64,000 bases of DNA. It comes from an uncultured delta proteobacterium (GTDB taxonomy: Bacteria; Desulfobacterota; Desulfobaccia; Desulfobaccales; 0-14-0-80-60-11). Made by a program: the position numbers and the translations under genes. The stretch lies in contig CAVTZS010000009.1 in NCBI GenBank assembly GCA_963739295.1, forward strand, positions 45,948 through 109,947, read 5' to 3'. The notes under the pieces are model-generated. The model did no database searches. It was not told the origin of the DNA and was given only the letters and a program-made list of their open reading frames with translations. This document shows, piece after piece, positions 18,863-28,244 of the stretch (position 1 is its first letter; every line of letters starts with the position of its first letter).

Positions 18863-18897
18863 CTTCTCTCCCAACCCTGATGCGGTTGGGAGAGAAG
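18863..18897 (-). other. perfect 14-bp stem hairpin (7-nt loop) between the PhoU-like gene and the sigma54 activator
   Basis: CTTCTCTCCCAACC-ctgatgc-GGTTGGGAGAGAAG. No clear U-tract on the minus strand. Role undetermined (second terminator or leader structure). Confidence 0.4.
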
Positions 18898-18926
18898 TTT
18901 AAAGACAGGCCAGAGAGGATAGGTGT

Positions 18927-18955
18927 AGAAAAATCCCCCGCTTCTGGGGGGATTA
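18927..18955 (-). terminator. intrinsic terminator after the 18988..19626 gene
   Basis: Minus strand: AAUCCCCC-(loop)-GGGGGAUU followed by UUU, about 35 nt after the stop codon. Confidence 0.55.
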
Positions 18956-18987
18956 CCCTGGGTTAGACCATGGTGCGGATGGCCTGC

Positions 18988-19626
18988 TCAAGACTCCGGC
19001 ATCAGGAGTCTGACGATGGCCAGGACATGCCGCCAAATGAGCCGCATGCGGTCGAGCATGGCCAGAAAGATCGGCGAGGCCTGGGGCATGCAGAGCCCTT
19101 CGATCATCCGGGTCTCATGTTCAGTGGCCACATCGAGGCATAACTGGATCAGGACCCGCCCTTCCTCCAATACATATTTCTTCAGGAAATCGTTGTCGGT
19201 TTTAATAATATCCAGAAGGGACCGCAGCATCCCCGTCTGATGATTAAAGAGATAATTGGTCTGAGAAAAAGCCTTATCAGTGAACAGCACCCCGTCCTGG
19301 ATTTTTTTCCGAATAGGTTCGGCCAGACCCGCGATATTTTCGCTCATGATCTCCAAATGGCTGAGGATACTGTGGAGCCGGAGAAGCGCAGTCTTTTCGG
19401 TTTCGGACTTGCCAGGTATAGCGGCCTCCATCTGGCTGGTGGCCTCTTTGATATCTCTATCCACTGCTTCCTTGATTTTCTTGAGTTCCTCCAGGTCAGT
19501 ACGGCTATTGCGGTTAAAGGCATTCCGGGCGGCCCCCACCATGATCCTCAACTCATCGACAATAGGGCCTAAGATTTCCTGGTGCTTTTTGACAATCTCT
19601 TCCACGGGGAGCCTCCTTTGTCTCAT
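18988..19626 (-). CDS. hypothetical helical protein (possibly PhoU-like)
   Basis: 212-aa ORF with coding-like composition and its own terminator. The heptad-rich helical sequence is faintly reminiscent of PhoU-domain proteins. No firm motif. Confidence 0.55.
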   Translation of the reverse strand: MRQRRLPVEEIVKKHQEILGPIVDELRIMVGAARNAFNRNSRTDLEELKKIKEAVDRDIKEATSQMEAAIPGKSETEKTALLRLHSILSHLEIMSENIAGLAEPIRKKIQDGVLFTDKAFSQTNYLFNHQTGMLRSLLDIIKTDNDFLKKYVLEEGRVLIQLCLDVATEHETRMIEGLCMPQASPIFLAMLDRMRLIWRHVLAIVRLLMPES

Positions 19627-20145
19627 GGTCTGGTTTGATTCCTCTTAAGCCTGCTTCTTGGGGGTTGGGGTCAGGGTGCGCTTAGCTCTAACTCCCGCGC
19701 CCTCCTCTTGAAGGGTTGAAATGGTGAAGGGATCAAGGTTTCTTCCCGCTTGACCTCCTCACCCTCTCTGCTAAAAGCCTACTCCAGTTTTTCCACTTTC
19801 AGCAACGGTAATATTTAGCATCTACTTATAATATAGTCATTCAAAAAACAAAAAAAACTAGGTTTTGCAACTAGTAAATGCAGAACGCGGCCCCGCCGGA
19901 TTTAACTTCAGAGGAACAAGTAGGACGGGCTTCCCCGGGCTAAACTCGGGAGAGTGAAAGATGATTTGGGGGATTGGCTGGCCCCTGACGGCTGAAGGAA
20001 AAGGAGGGAGCAAGCTCCCCCCAGACCTGGGTAATAAGCCGGATAATTGCGGTCTTTGACTCCCGGCTTTACCTGTCGAGAATTAAAGGGATAGAGGCAA
20101 GGGGCAGATGCGGTACCCCCTGCCCCCCTCAACCTGGCATCCTCC

Positions 20146-21003
20146 TTAAATTTTCTGGCTCTGGAAACGTTTGGTGCGAGCCGCTTCCTCCTTTGGAGGC
20201 GGAGCCTCACCCACCACGGCCTTCACCTTGGTCAGACGGTCGCCGGTGGGAGGATGGGTCTTGAAGATCCCTCCCGAGGTGCCTTTCTCTTTGGCGAGCA
20301 TCTTGGAAAGCAGCGCGGCCATGGCCCCCGGATCATATCCGGCATTCCTCAGGGTTTGCAGGGCGTCCCGGTCTGCGGCCTCCTCGGCGGTGCGGCTGTA
20401 ACCGTTGACCACGATGGTCTTGAAGACATCGTCGATGGAGCCTTCAAAGAGAGTGACCAGGTTTCCCGCCACCCCGCCGTATTGTTTGGCCGCCTTGGTT
20501 CCCATGGCGGTCACCACCTCGGTCCAGCGGGCCTTGCTGATGGAGTTGATGCCATCCTTGTTGCCCACGTGGGCCACTTCGTGGGCCAGCACGGCGGCCA
20601 GCTCATCTTCGTTGTCGCAGGTCTGGACCAAGGCCCGGGTGACAAAGATGATTCCCCCAGGGCAGGCGAAGGCGTTAATTTCGGTGGTATCCAGCACGGC
20701 AAAGTGGTAGCCCCGGAAGGTTTGGGGACGGGAAGACTTCCGGGCCACGGTCTGGCCCACCTGGTTCACGTACTGGGTGAGCCGGGCGTCCTGGTAGAGG
20801 GGATAAGTGGCGAGAAGGCGGGCCGCCACCGCCCGCCCCACGTAATATTCCTCGGTATCGGTGATGGGCCGGGACGCGTCCACCGCCTTGGAAACCCCTT
20901 TGGCGGCAATGGCCGCCACCGGGAGCACTTCCAGGCCGGTGCAACCCCCAACCCCGGTGAGGACCACAGCCAGCAAGACCAACCCTAGGTTTTGCCGCCT
21001 CAT
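20146..21003 (-). CDS. M48-family zinc metallopeptidase, lipoprotein
   Basis: 285 aa. Lipobox LTGVGGC. HEXXH in LAAVLAHEVAHV, with a downstream E in EEAADRDA and a THPPTGDR tail typical of M48/BepA-like peptidases. Confidence 0.85.
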   Translation of the reverse strand: MRRQNLGLVLLAVVLTGVGGCTGLEVLPVAAIAAKGVSKAVDASRPITDTEEYYVGRAVAARLLATYPLYQDARLTQYVNQVGQTVARKSSRPQTFRGYHFAVLDTTEINAFACPGGIIFVTRALVQTCDNEDELAAVLAHEVAHVGNKDGINSISKARWTEVVTAMGTKAAKQYGGVAGNLVTLFEGSIDDVFKTIVVNGYSRTAEEAADRDALQTLRNAGYDPGAMAALLSKMLAKEKGTSGGIFKTHPPTGDRLTKVKAVVGEAPPPKEEAARTKRFQSQKI

Positions 21004-21506
21004 GGCTTCAGCCCTCCTTCCTTGATGAAAGCTTGCAGCTTGGCGTCATCCACCCTGAGGGCCTCCACCTGGTCCACCTGGGCGAACTTCATTTCCGGGT
21101 GTTTCTGCCGGTAGGCCGACTCTACCTCGGGGGTGAAGCCCTTGCCTGCCAGGGCCACTTCGTCGCTTTTGGTTTCCTTCACCGGGGAGCCGAACAGGAG
21201 CCCCGGCAGGCTGAATTTTGCCGGGGCCTGGGCCTGGGGGAAGGCCTGGCGGTGCAGCCACCCGGATTTGTCCTGGTATTCCACCTTATACCAATCTCCC
21301 GCCTGCCTAAGGACGTTCACCTCGGCTCCCACCGGCACCGGGCTGATGGGGGTGCTGGCGAAATCCGGATCCGGGTATAGCTGCTGATCGGGCTGGGAAA
21401 CCTTCAGGGTCTCCGCCCCAACGGGCGCGGGTCCCAGGAGCAGCGCCAGCAGCCCCAGGGCTACCAGCCATATGGCAGGCCTTTTGAGTAAAACTGGCCG
21501 TCTCAC
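21000..21506 (-). CDS. secreted SH3-domain protein
   Basis: 168 aa. Signal peptide, then a bacterial SH3-like segment (VNVLRQAGDWYKVEYQDKSGWLHRQAF). Its stop overlaps the M48 start (ATGA), so the two form an operon. Confidence 0.65.
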   Translation of the reverse strand: MRRPVLLKRPAIWLVALGLLALLLGPAPVGAETLKVSQPDQQLYPDPDFASTPISPVPVGAEVNVLRQAGDWYKVEYQDKSGWLHRQAFPQAQAPAKFSLPGLLFGSPVKETKSDEVALAGKGFTPEVESAYRQKHPEMKFAQVDQVEALRVDDAKLQAFIKEGGLKP

Positions 21507-21757
21507 TACCGCCTCCTTTGCTATTTTTGTTTAATTTCGGAAAAACCGGAAAATAACTGAAACAGCTTGATTAATACTAACAGAATTTGCCCTGATTAGC
21601 CAAGCAGGTAGAGCGGCAGCCCTGGGGGGATGAGGCAGGCCCCAAGGGCCTGTCTCATCCCGCCAAACCAAATCATAAGGGGTTGGGGGTGGGGTTAGGG
21701 GAGGGGGCAGGGGGCTGCGACCCCTGGCCCCCTCCCCAAATCCTTTCCCTATCCTTA

Positions 21758-23904
21758 TCACTTCGCGTCCGGGCGGAAGACGCTGTCCCAGGCGGCAGGG
21801 GGCGGGGTCTCCTGGAACTCACGGCAACGGGTCAGGAAGGTCCGGGCGGGTCCGTCCTCCGGCTCTTTCTCCAGAATGGCCTCGAAGAGGGCGGCCGCCT
21901 GGGAGAACTGGCCCTGGCGGTAAAGGGAAAGGCCCTGGGCGAAGGTTTCCCTGAGTGCGACCTGTTCCGAGATTAGCTCCCCTTTCAGAGCCAGGACCTG
22001 GAATACCTTAACCGGAGCCTCCCGGCCTTTTACCGCCACCCGGTCCAGCTCGCGAAATTCCACCGCCTCGCCGCACTCGATAACAGTGGCCTCGCTGGCC
22101 AAAACGGAAGTGCCATAGAACTTGTTAAGTCCTTCCAGACGGGAAGCCAGGTTGACCGTGTCCCCGATCACCGTGTAGTCAAAGCGCTTCTGGGAGCCCA
22201 GATTGCCGACGATGGCCTCCCCCGTATGGAGGCCCATGCGAATGGCAAGGGGTGGCAGGTTTTGCCCGGCGAAATACTGGTTCAGGTCCCTCAAGGCCGC
22301 CAGCTGCCGGAGCGCGGCGCCACAGGCCAAGGCCGCCTGATCTTCCTGATCCAGGGGCGCGCCCCAGAAGGCCATGATGGCGTCGCCTTCAAACTTATCC
22401 ACCGTGCCCTCTGCGTCCAGGATGATCTCGGTCATGCGGGAGAGATAATCATTAAGGAGGGCTACCACGGTCTCCGGCGGCAGGCGCTCCGACAGGGTGG
22501 TGAACCCGGCCAGGTCGGAAAAAAACAGGGTGACCCGGCGGCGTTCCCCCCTAACTTCAGCTTTTCCGGGTGTTCCAGGAGGTGGCTGATCACCGTCTCG
22601 GACATGTATTGGGCAAACATGCGGCGGATGTATAGTTTCTGCCGGCCTTCCGTGGCGTAGCTGTAAGCCGCGGCCAGGGCGAAACTCAGGGTCAGGGTGA
22701 TTCCGGGCAGGACCGGATCGGCCCACCAACTGGCCCAGAAGACGAAGACCGCAAGCCCCAGATAAGCTAAAAGCAGAAGGACCAACGACCCCAGGGTGAC
22801 GAACAGGCTGGGGAGAAGAGCACCGCCAGGGTCATCCCCGCGGCCAGGACCACCACCCAGGCCCACCAGGCCCCACCAGGGCACCGGCCTGAGGAAATCC
22901 CCCTGGAGCAGGTTGTCCAGCAGGGTGGCGTGGATTTCCACCCCGGCATAGACCGCGCCCACCGGGGAGGCCTTCAGGTCCATAAGGCCCGGAGCGGTCA
23001 GGCCGATCAGGACCCACTTGCCGGCGAAGGCCTCGGGCGGATAGATGGGGGGAAGACCATGCTGGCAGCGAGCTTCGGACTGGATCACATTGGCCGCGGA
23101 AAAACGCGGGTGGCTGCGAGTGGGGCCGCGAAATTTGAGGAGAAATTGGCCCTGGCGGTCCAGGGGCAGACGCTTTTGTCCCAGCACCAGGGCCCCCACC
23201 TCAAAGCGCAGCGGCCCGGGTTGCTGAAATTGGTGATAAGCCGCGAAGGACAGGATGGGTAACCAGCGGTTTTGGAACGGCAACACCAGAGGCAGACGGC
23301 GATAGATGCCGTCCGGGTCGGGGCCGCACTCCACGTTTCCCAGGGCCTGGGCCGCGCTCAAAAAGGGGGGAATGGGGGTGATCACGGATCGGTACTGGGG
23401 CAGGCCCTGGGGGCTGGGTCCGGGAATGGCCAGGCCCGCCTTCTGAAGCAGGTCAGCTTCTCCGGGGTTGGGGGGCTTTTCTTCCCGGGACAAGAAGAAG
23501 GGCAAAGCCACTTGGCCGCCCCTCTTAAGCGCCTGGGCCAGGCGGCTGTCATCTTCCGGGCCATAGGATGAGGCCTCGGTGTACAGGATGTCGAAGATCA
23601 CGGCCCGGGCGCCGCCCCGGCGGCAGAAGTCGACGATGGGCCCGTAAAGCTGCCGGGGCCAGGGCCAGGTGACCCCCTGGTTTTTGAAGAAATCCAGATC
23701 GGGCTGGTCCACGGTGACCACCACCACCTGGGGGCTGGCCTGGGGCAGGGGCACATGGCGAAAGAGCAGGTCCAGGGTCTTGAGGCGGTAGGGGACAATG
23801 AGACCGGAGACCTCCAGGCCCAAAGCCAGGAGCAGCGCGGCCAAGAGGAGAATCCCTCCGGCATGAAGTTTGCTTTTGGGGGAGTAAATGGGAAAGTTGG
23901 CCAC
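21758..23904 (-). pseudogene. CHASE2 sensor - adenylate/guanylate cyclase (class III), reading frame broken at a G6 run
   Basis: ORF 22462..23904 gives the CHASE2 domain (VVVVTVDQPDLDFF...AVIFDILY), transmembrane helices and ...EHPEKLKLGG. ORF 21758..22729 continues as ERRRVTLFFSDLAGFTTLSE...KFEGDAIMAFWGAP...GDTVNLASRLE plus a TPR-like tail. The frames meet at the C6 run 22546-22551 (G6 on the coding strand). A G7 run would give one 715-aa protein. Confidence 0.8.
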
Positions 23905-24097
23905 TTAATGCATCAGTGCCGCATGGCTCCAGAGAAAAGTGTGGAGGGACCAGGGAGCATCTTCCTTGCCCCTGCCTCCAGGCCCTTCTGCCAAGCCGGG
24001 GAAGTAAGGTGGGACTTATTCAGACCCCAGGCCCGACTTCCCCGGAAAAGTGGTTGGGGGGAAGGGGCTAAAATTTATTATAGCAGACTTAAGAGTC

Positions 24098-24126
24098 TTG
24101 ACAATCGGCCAAAGAATCCTTATCAA
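24098..24126 (+). promoter_or_regulatory. candidate sigma70 promoter for the 24194 membrane-protein pair
   Basis: TTGACA (24098-24103), 17-nt spacer, TATCAA (24121-24126), about 65 nt upstream of the ATG. Confidence 0.35.
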
Positions 24127-24193
24127 AAATTAACAAGAATTTATCTATAAAAAATTTTGTCCAGGCTCACAAAAGGAGAGACGGAGGAGGAAG

Positions 24194-24655
24194 ATGCGAC
24201 CGGAATTAATGGTGTTATTCCACGTGGGTTTCGGGATGTTAGGTATTCTTACGGCTGTCTGGCTGTACGTGGAGGCCTTAAACTTAACTGAAGCCAATCA
24301 AGGCAGAATCAGGGTGGCCAGCCTCCTACTCGCCATATTCATCTGGCTCTCCTACTTAGTTGGCGGATATTATTATGTTAACTACTATGCGCCTTCCAAG
24401 GCGGTGATCCTGGCAGGCCCCTTTCCCTGGGCGCACAACTTTTTCATGGAAACCAAAGAGCATCTTTTCTTCATGCTGCTATTGTTGGCTACCTATGTGC
24501 CCATTGCCGCGTACAACCTAAAATTATTCCCTGAGAAAGGGGCCAGAAACGTGATGCTGGCAGTCGCCGGGATAACCCTGATCCTGGGCCTCATCATGGA
24601 TGGCTCGGGGGCCATGATCATCATGGGAGAAAAATGCGGGCTGATCGGGAGGTGA
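24194..24655 (+). CDS. hypothetical integral membrane protein (about 4 TM helices)
   Basis: 153 aa, strongly hydrophobic segments. An AGGAGG-type RBS lies 6 nt upstream (GGAGGAGGAAG-ATG). Confidence 0.6.
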   Translation: MRPELMVLFHVGFGMLGILTAVWLYVEALNLTEANQGRIRVASLLLAIFIWLSYLVGGYYYVNYYAPSKAVILAGPFPWAHNFFMETKEHLFFMLLLLATYVPIAAYNLKLFPEKGARNVMLAVAGITLILGLIMDGSGAMIIMGEKCGLIGR

Positions 24656-24659
24656 TGAA

Positions 24660-24980
24660 ATGACCAATCAAGTGACCGGAAAATATGCCAGCGGGTTCGG
24701 TTTGGCCCTTATGATTATGCTTGTGTTCAATGGGTTGGTGGTGATCGTCAAGGAGAAGGTCGATCCCCTTATGAAAGCTATGAAAGCGGCCACGGGACAT
24801 CACTGGATTACCCATGGCATCGTCGTTATCGTGCTATTCCTGATTCTGGGCCTAATCTTCTCCGCTCTCCAACCAGCCGAAAAGCCGTGGTTGGATGCGA
24901 AAAAGATCGTCACGGGCACTATTGTCTCAGCCATCATTGGCTATGTTTTAGTTGTCGGTTTTTATCTGTTTTTGGATTGA
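24660..24980 (+). CDS. hypothetical integral membrane protein (about 3 TM helices)
   Basis: 106 aa, hydrophobic. Starts 4 nt after the previous stop, so probably cotranscribed. Confidence 0.55.
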   Translation: MTNQVTGKYASGFGLALMIMLVFNGLVVIVKEKVDPLMKAMKAATGHHWITHGIVVIVLFLILGLIFSALQPAEKPWLDAKKIVTGTIVSAIIGYVLVVGFYLFLD

Positions 24981-25093
24981 GAAAACCATACCAGAAACTT
25001 CCGGGCCCGGCGTTGATTGTCAGGTCAACGCCGTCCCCGGTATGTTGGTGGACCGCTCTGCACCTCGAGGCCCTCGGCCCTGACTCACAGGTG

Positions 25094-25750
25094 TTATTGG
25101 TGGGTAAAAATTCTCCCCCGCTGCAAAAAGAGGGTGTGATCACTTAGCCTTTCCGCCTGGGCCGGATCGTGCGTAATCATAATAATGGTAGTCTTTCGGT
25201 CCCGTTTCATTTTCCGGATTATTTCTTCGATAATTTCGGTATTGGCCGGATCAATGTTGGCGGTGGGTTCATCGAGGAAAATGACCTCGGGATCGATCAC
25301 CATGGCCCGGGCCATCCCCAACCGCTTGGTCTCCCCGCTGGAAAGACTGATAGCCCGTTGCGACATTTTTTGGACTAACCCCACCAGGTCGAGGCTATGG
25401 TTCACCCTTTCTTTTATCTCGGCCTTTCCCACCCCTCTCAGCTTCAAGCCATAAGCCACGTTTTTGAAAACCGTGGTGTTGAAAACCCCGATTCGGGGGA
25501 GTACCAGGGTTATGCGTCGGCGCAGCTTGATGTCATCATGGATTATCTGCCCCCCATCGACATAGGTTACCCTCCCGGTGTCGGGTTTTTCCAGGAGGGC
25601 CAGGATCCTGAAGAGCGTAGACTTACCAGTGCCGTTGGGGCCTAATAACGCATAGGTTTGGCCACTGGCGAAGGAATAGGAGCAATCTTGAAGGACAGGG
25701 TTGCCGTTATAAGTCCTTGAGACCTGGGAGATTTCTAAACTTAATCCCAT
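25094..25750 (-). CDS. tupC: ABC transporter ATP-binding protein (tungstate/molybdate-type, TupC-like)
   Basis: 218 aa. Walker A LLGPNGTGKST, ABC signature LSSGETKRL, Walker B VIFLDEP. Overlaps the permease gene by 10 nt. Confidence 0.8.
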   Translation of the reverse strand: MGLSLEISQVSRTYNGNPVLQDCSYSFASGQTYALLGPNGTGKSTLFRILALLEKPDTGRVTYVDGGQIIHDDIKLRRRITLVLPRIGVFNTTVFKNVAYGLKLRGVGKAEIKERVNHSLDLVGLVQKMSQRAISLSSGETKRLGMARAMVIDPEVIFLDEPTANIDPANTEIIEEIIRKMKRDRKTTIIMITHDPAQAERLSDHTLFLQRGRIFTHQ

Positions 25751-26433
25751 ACAATGATTTCCGAGGCGCCGCCGCCCATCTTCTGCACGAAGCGCAGACC
25801 GATGTTCAACAACAGGGCGATGGCCAGCAGGACTACGCCCAGGACAATGCCCAGTTCGAAGTTGCCTTTATCCGTCTCCAGGGCGATGGTGGTGGTCATC
25901 ACCCGGGTATAGCCGGCGATGTTGCCCCCGACGATGAGAACCGCGCCCACCTCCGCGGTGGCTCGGCCCAAAGCGGCAATCACTCCGGACATGATGCCAA
26001 ACCTGGCCTCGTTAATGACCGTAAGGGCTAGCTGCAAGGGGGTGGCTCCCAGGGTCATGGAGGACTGCCGGATAACCGGGTCCACATTGACAATGGCGGC
26101 ATAGGAGAGGGAGGCCACAATGGGAAAGGCCAGGATGGTTTGAGCCACAATCATGGCCGAAGGGGTATAAAGCAAGGCCAGGAAACCCAAAGCCCCCTGG
26201 CGGGACAGGAGAAGATAGATTATCAGGCCCACCACCACCGGCGGCAGGCCCATGCAGGTGTTCAAGATATTGATTATGGCCCCCCTTAGGGGAAAGCGTT
26301 TCAAACCCAGGAGGGCCGCCACCGGCAGGCCCACGGCGGTGGCGATAATTAACGAGGACCCGGAAACTTTCAGGGACAGCCAGATGATGCCCCAGAGTTC
26401 CCCGAGATCGAGGTTAAGGAAGCTTGCGGCCAT
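25741..26433 (-). CDS. tupB: ABC transporter permease (TupB-like)
   Basis: 230 aa, multi-TM, with a binding-protein-dependent permease fold (EAA-like loop ...SSMTLGATPLQLALTVINEARFG...). Confidence 0.75.
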   Translation of the reverse strand: MAASFLNLDLGELWGIIWLSLKVSGSSLIIATAVGLPVAALLGLKRFPLRGAIINILNTCMGLPPVVVGLIIYLLLSRQGALGFLALLYTPSAMIVAQTILAFPIVASLSYAAIVNVDPVIRQSSMTLGATPLQLALTVINEARFGIMSGVIAALGRATAEVGAVLIVGGNIAGYTRVMTTTIALETDKGNFELGIVLGVVLLAIALLLNIGLRFVQKMGGGASEIIVWD

Positions 26434-26498
26434 TGGTCAAGGTATGCATAAAAAATTGATAATCATCCCTTCCGGTAACCGGCCTGAATACCGCTGGC

Positions 26499-27320
26499 TC
26501 ATTTGGCATTAGGGGTAAAGAGTTGATTGCCGTGTTTATCTTTAAAAGAGGCAATGGCCTGCTGGCCTTCCGGCGAGATGAGCCAGTCCACGAACTGCAT
26601 GGCCTCTTTATATTTTGCCTGGGGGTGCTTTTCGGGGTTCACCGCCATCACTCCGTATTGGTTGAACAGGGTGGGGTCGCCCTCCAGGGCCACGATCATC
26701 TCCAGCCGGTCCTTGTCCTTGGTGGCCAGCCAGGTCCCCCTATCGGTAAGGGTGTAGGCCTGCTTTTCGTTGGCCAGGCGCTGGGTCTTTTCCATGCCCT
26801 GACCCACCTCCAGGTACCACTTCTGCCCCTTGGGATCGATTCCCGCCTTCTTCCAGATGGCCAACTCTTTAGTATGGGTGCCGGATTTATCCCCCCGGGA
26901 GACAAAGGGGAAGCCTTTTTCGGCAATCTTGCGAAAGGCCTCCGCCGCCGACTTCATGCCTTTGATCTTCAAGGGGTCGTTGGCCGGGCCGATAATGACG
27001 AAATCGTTATACATAACGTCGTGGCGATTAACGAAATATCCCTCTTCCACGGCCTTCAGTTCCAGATCCCGGGCATGGACCAGGACGACATCCGCGTCAC
27101 CCCGCTTGCCGATCTCAATGGAGGCTCCGGTGCCCACGGCCACCACATCCACCTTGATCCCGGTCTTTTTCTCAAACATGGGCAAAATATAATCAAATAA
27201 TCCCGAATTCTGGGTGCTGGTGGTGGAGGCACAGCGGAGGCGGGTTTCGGCCGAGCCCGCCACCGGGGCCAACCCCAGGAAGAGAAGGACTAATACCAAG
27301 GATCCTTTAATTAATTTCAT
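26499..27320 (-). CDS. tupA: tungstate-binding periplasmic protein (TupA-like)
   Basis: Start chosen at MKLIKGSLVLVLLFLGLAPVAGSA (signal peptide). STTSTQNSGL, VAVGTG and VSRGDKSGTHTKE blocks are typical of TupA-type oxyanion binding proteins. The longer ORF to 27476 overlaps the upstream regulator. Confidence 0.75.
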   Translation of the reverse strand: MKLIKGSLVLVLLFLGLAPVAGSAETRLRCASTTSTQNSGLFDYILPMFEKKTGIKVDVVAVGTGASIEIGKRGDADVVLVHARDLELKAVEEGYFVNRHDVMYNDFVIIGPANDPLKIKGMKSAAEAFRKIAEKGFPFVSRGDKSGTHTKELAIWKKAGIDPKGQKWYLEVGQGMEKTQRLANEKQAYTLTDRGTWLATKDKDRLEMIVALEGDPTLFNQYGVMAVNPEKHPQAKYKEAMQFVDWLISPEGQQAIASFKDKHGNQLFTPNAK

Positions 27321-27360
27321 TATTATGCTCCTTAATAGCATCAGAACCGGCCAAACCGAT

Positions 27361-27744
27361 TCAGGGGGTCTGGTTTTGCAACCATTCCCGAAAGTCTTCC
27401 ACCAATCGCCAGAAATGGACCACGGCGTCTTCGCCGGCCGGGGTGAGCCAGGCCCGGCCCCCCTGGCGGCCGCCAAAGGTGCGGGCCACCAGGTCCTGTC
27501 CGGCCAGACGGTTCATGCTGGCCACCAGCGACCAGGCGTGGCTGTAGGCCATGTCCATGGAGCGGGCGGCGGCGGCGATGGAGCCCAGGTCCCGGATGCG
27601 CTCCAAGAGCACCACCCGGCCCCAACTCAAGTAAGTCTCCCCCTCCTTCTCCAGCCAGAGGCGCCCTTTGATCGTAAGCCCAGCCGCAGGGGAGCTTTCC
27701 GCCAGGGCCGTGCCCCGCTGATGGTCACGTTTTTTACCCTTCAT
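27361..27744 (-). CDS. ModE-N-terminal-like winged-helix regulator
   Basis: 127 aa. LERIRDLGSIAAAARSMDMAYSHAWSLV...GGRQGGRAWLTPAG matches the ModE/LysR-type HTH module without TOBE domains. First gene of the tup operon. Confidence 0.7.
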   Translation of the reverse strand: MKGKKRDHQRGTALAESSPAAGLTIKGRLWLEKEGETYLSWGRVVLLERIRDLGSIAAAARSMDMAYSHAWSLVASMNRLAGQDLVARTFGGRQGGRAWLTPAGEDAVVHFWRLVEDFREWLQNQTP

Positions 27745-28019
27745 AGCGCTATCCTTTAAAAAGAATAGCCAAATAATTACCTTAAGACAAGCCTTTTTTT
27801 GCCAGGATTTCGAGTCGGCTATGCTGGGATATTAAAGGAGGTTCGATACAAGCGGGGTTCCCGTCCATCTCCCCTGGCATGCTCTTTAATCCCTTTGTTA
27901 CTTGCCCGGGAGGTGGCAGTCCCCAGCTGTCACCCCTGAATCCCCGGGTTTTTCTTCAGATAAGCCCTGAACTTGCCTGGCACCTATGGAAATTTGGGTG
28001 TCCACGAATTATGTTTTGA

Positions 28020-28244
28020 CAGAGTCAAGTTTTAAGGGCATTTGGTTTCCAGTCATGCTCGGTCTTTAGCCTGGGCTTGCTGGCCACGGTGGGCAGTCTC
28101 AGCGTTCTGCTGGCTTCTTTAAGTGTCCTGCCCGCGTTACTTCACCTTCTTAAGAAAAGTTATCCCGGCCCGGAACCGGAGATTCACCCCATTCTCGGGC
28201 TGCGACGCTGGATCTGGCACATGGTGAGAAAGGAGGCCCAATGA
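28020..28244 (+). pseudogene. C-terminal remnant of an MMPL/RND-type membrane transporter
   Basis: A 74-codon open frame without a start: ...FGFQSCSVFSLGLLATVGSLSVLLASLSVLPALLHLLKKSYPG... This looks like the last TM helix of MMPL/HpnN-like exporters. Its stop overlaps the mlaC-like ATG (ATGA). Nothing upstream (27745-28019) encodes the rest of the protein. Confidence 0.4.

Noticed and set aside
19627-20145. 520-nt intergenic region scanned for a sigma54 or sigma70 promoter and for known RNA motifs. It includes a perfect TATAAT at about 19826-19831 on the plus strand.
   Set aside because: No acceptable -35 or -24 element at the right spacing, and no plus-strand gene downstream. ORF 19908..20210 has no coding features. 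I could not support any feature call.
26499-27476. N-terminal extensions of several track ORFs: TupA to 27476, the phosphatase to 31687, GT9 from 40158 and WecB from 10866.
   Set aside because: The extensions overlap the upstream genes and lack family similarity. Internal starts give canonical N-termini (a signal peptide, MKKRVVFICLGN, MKKVLIIFGTRPE).
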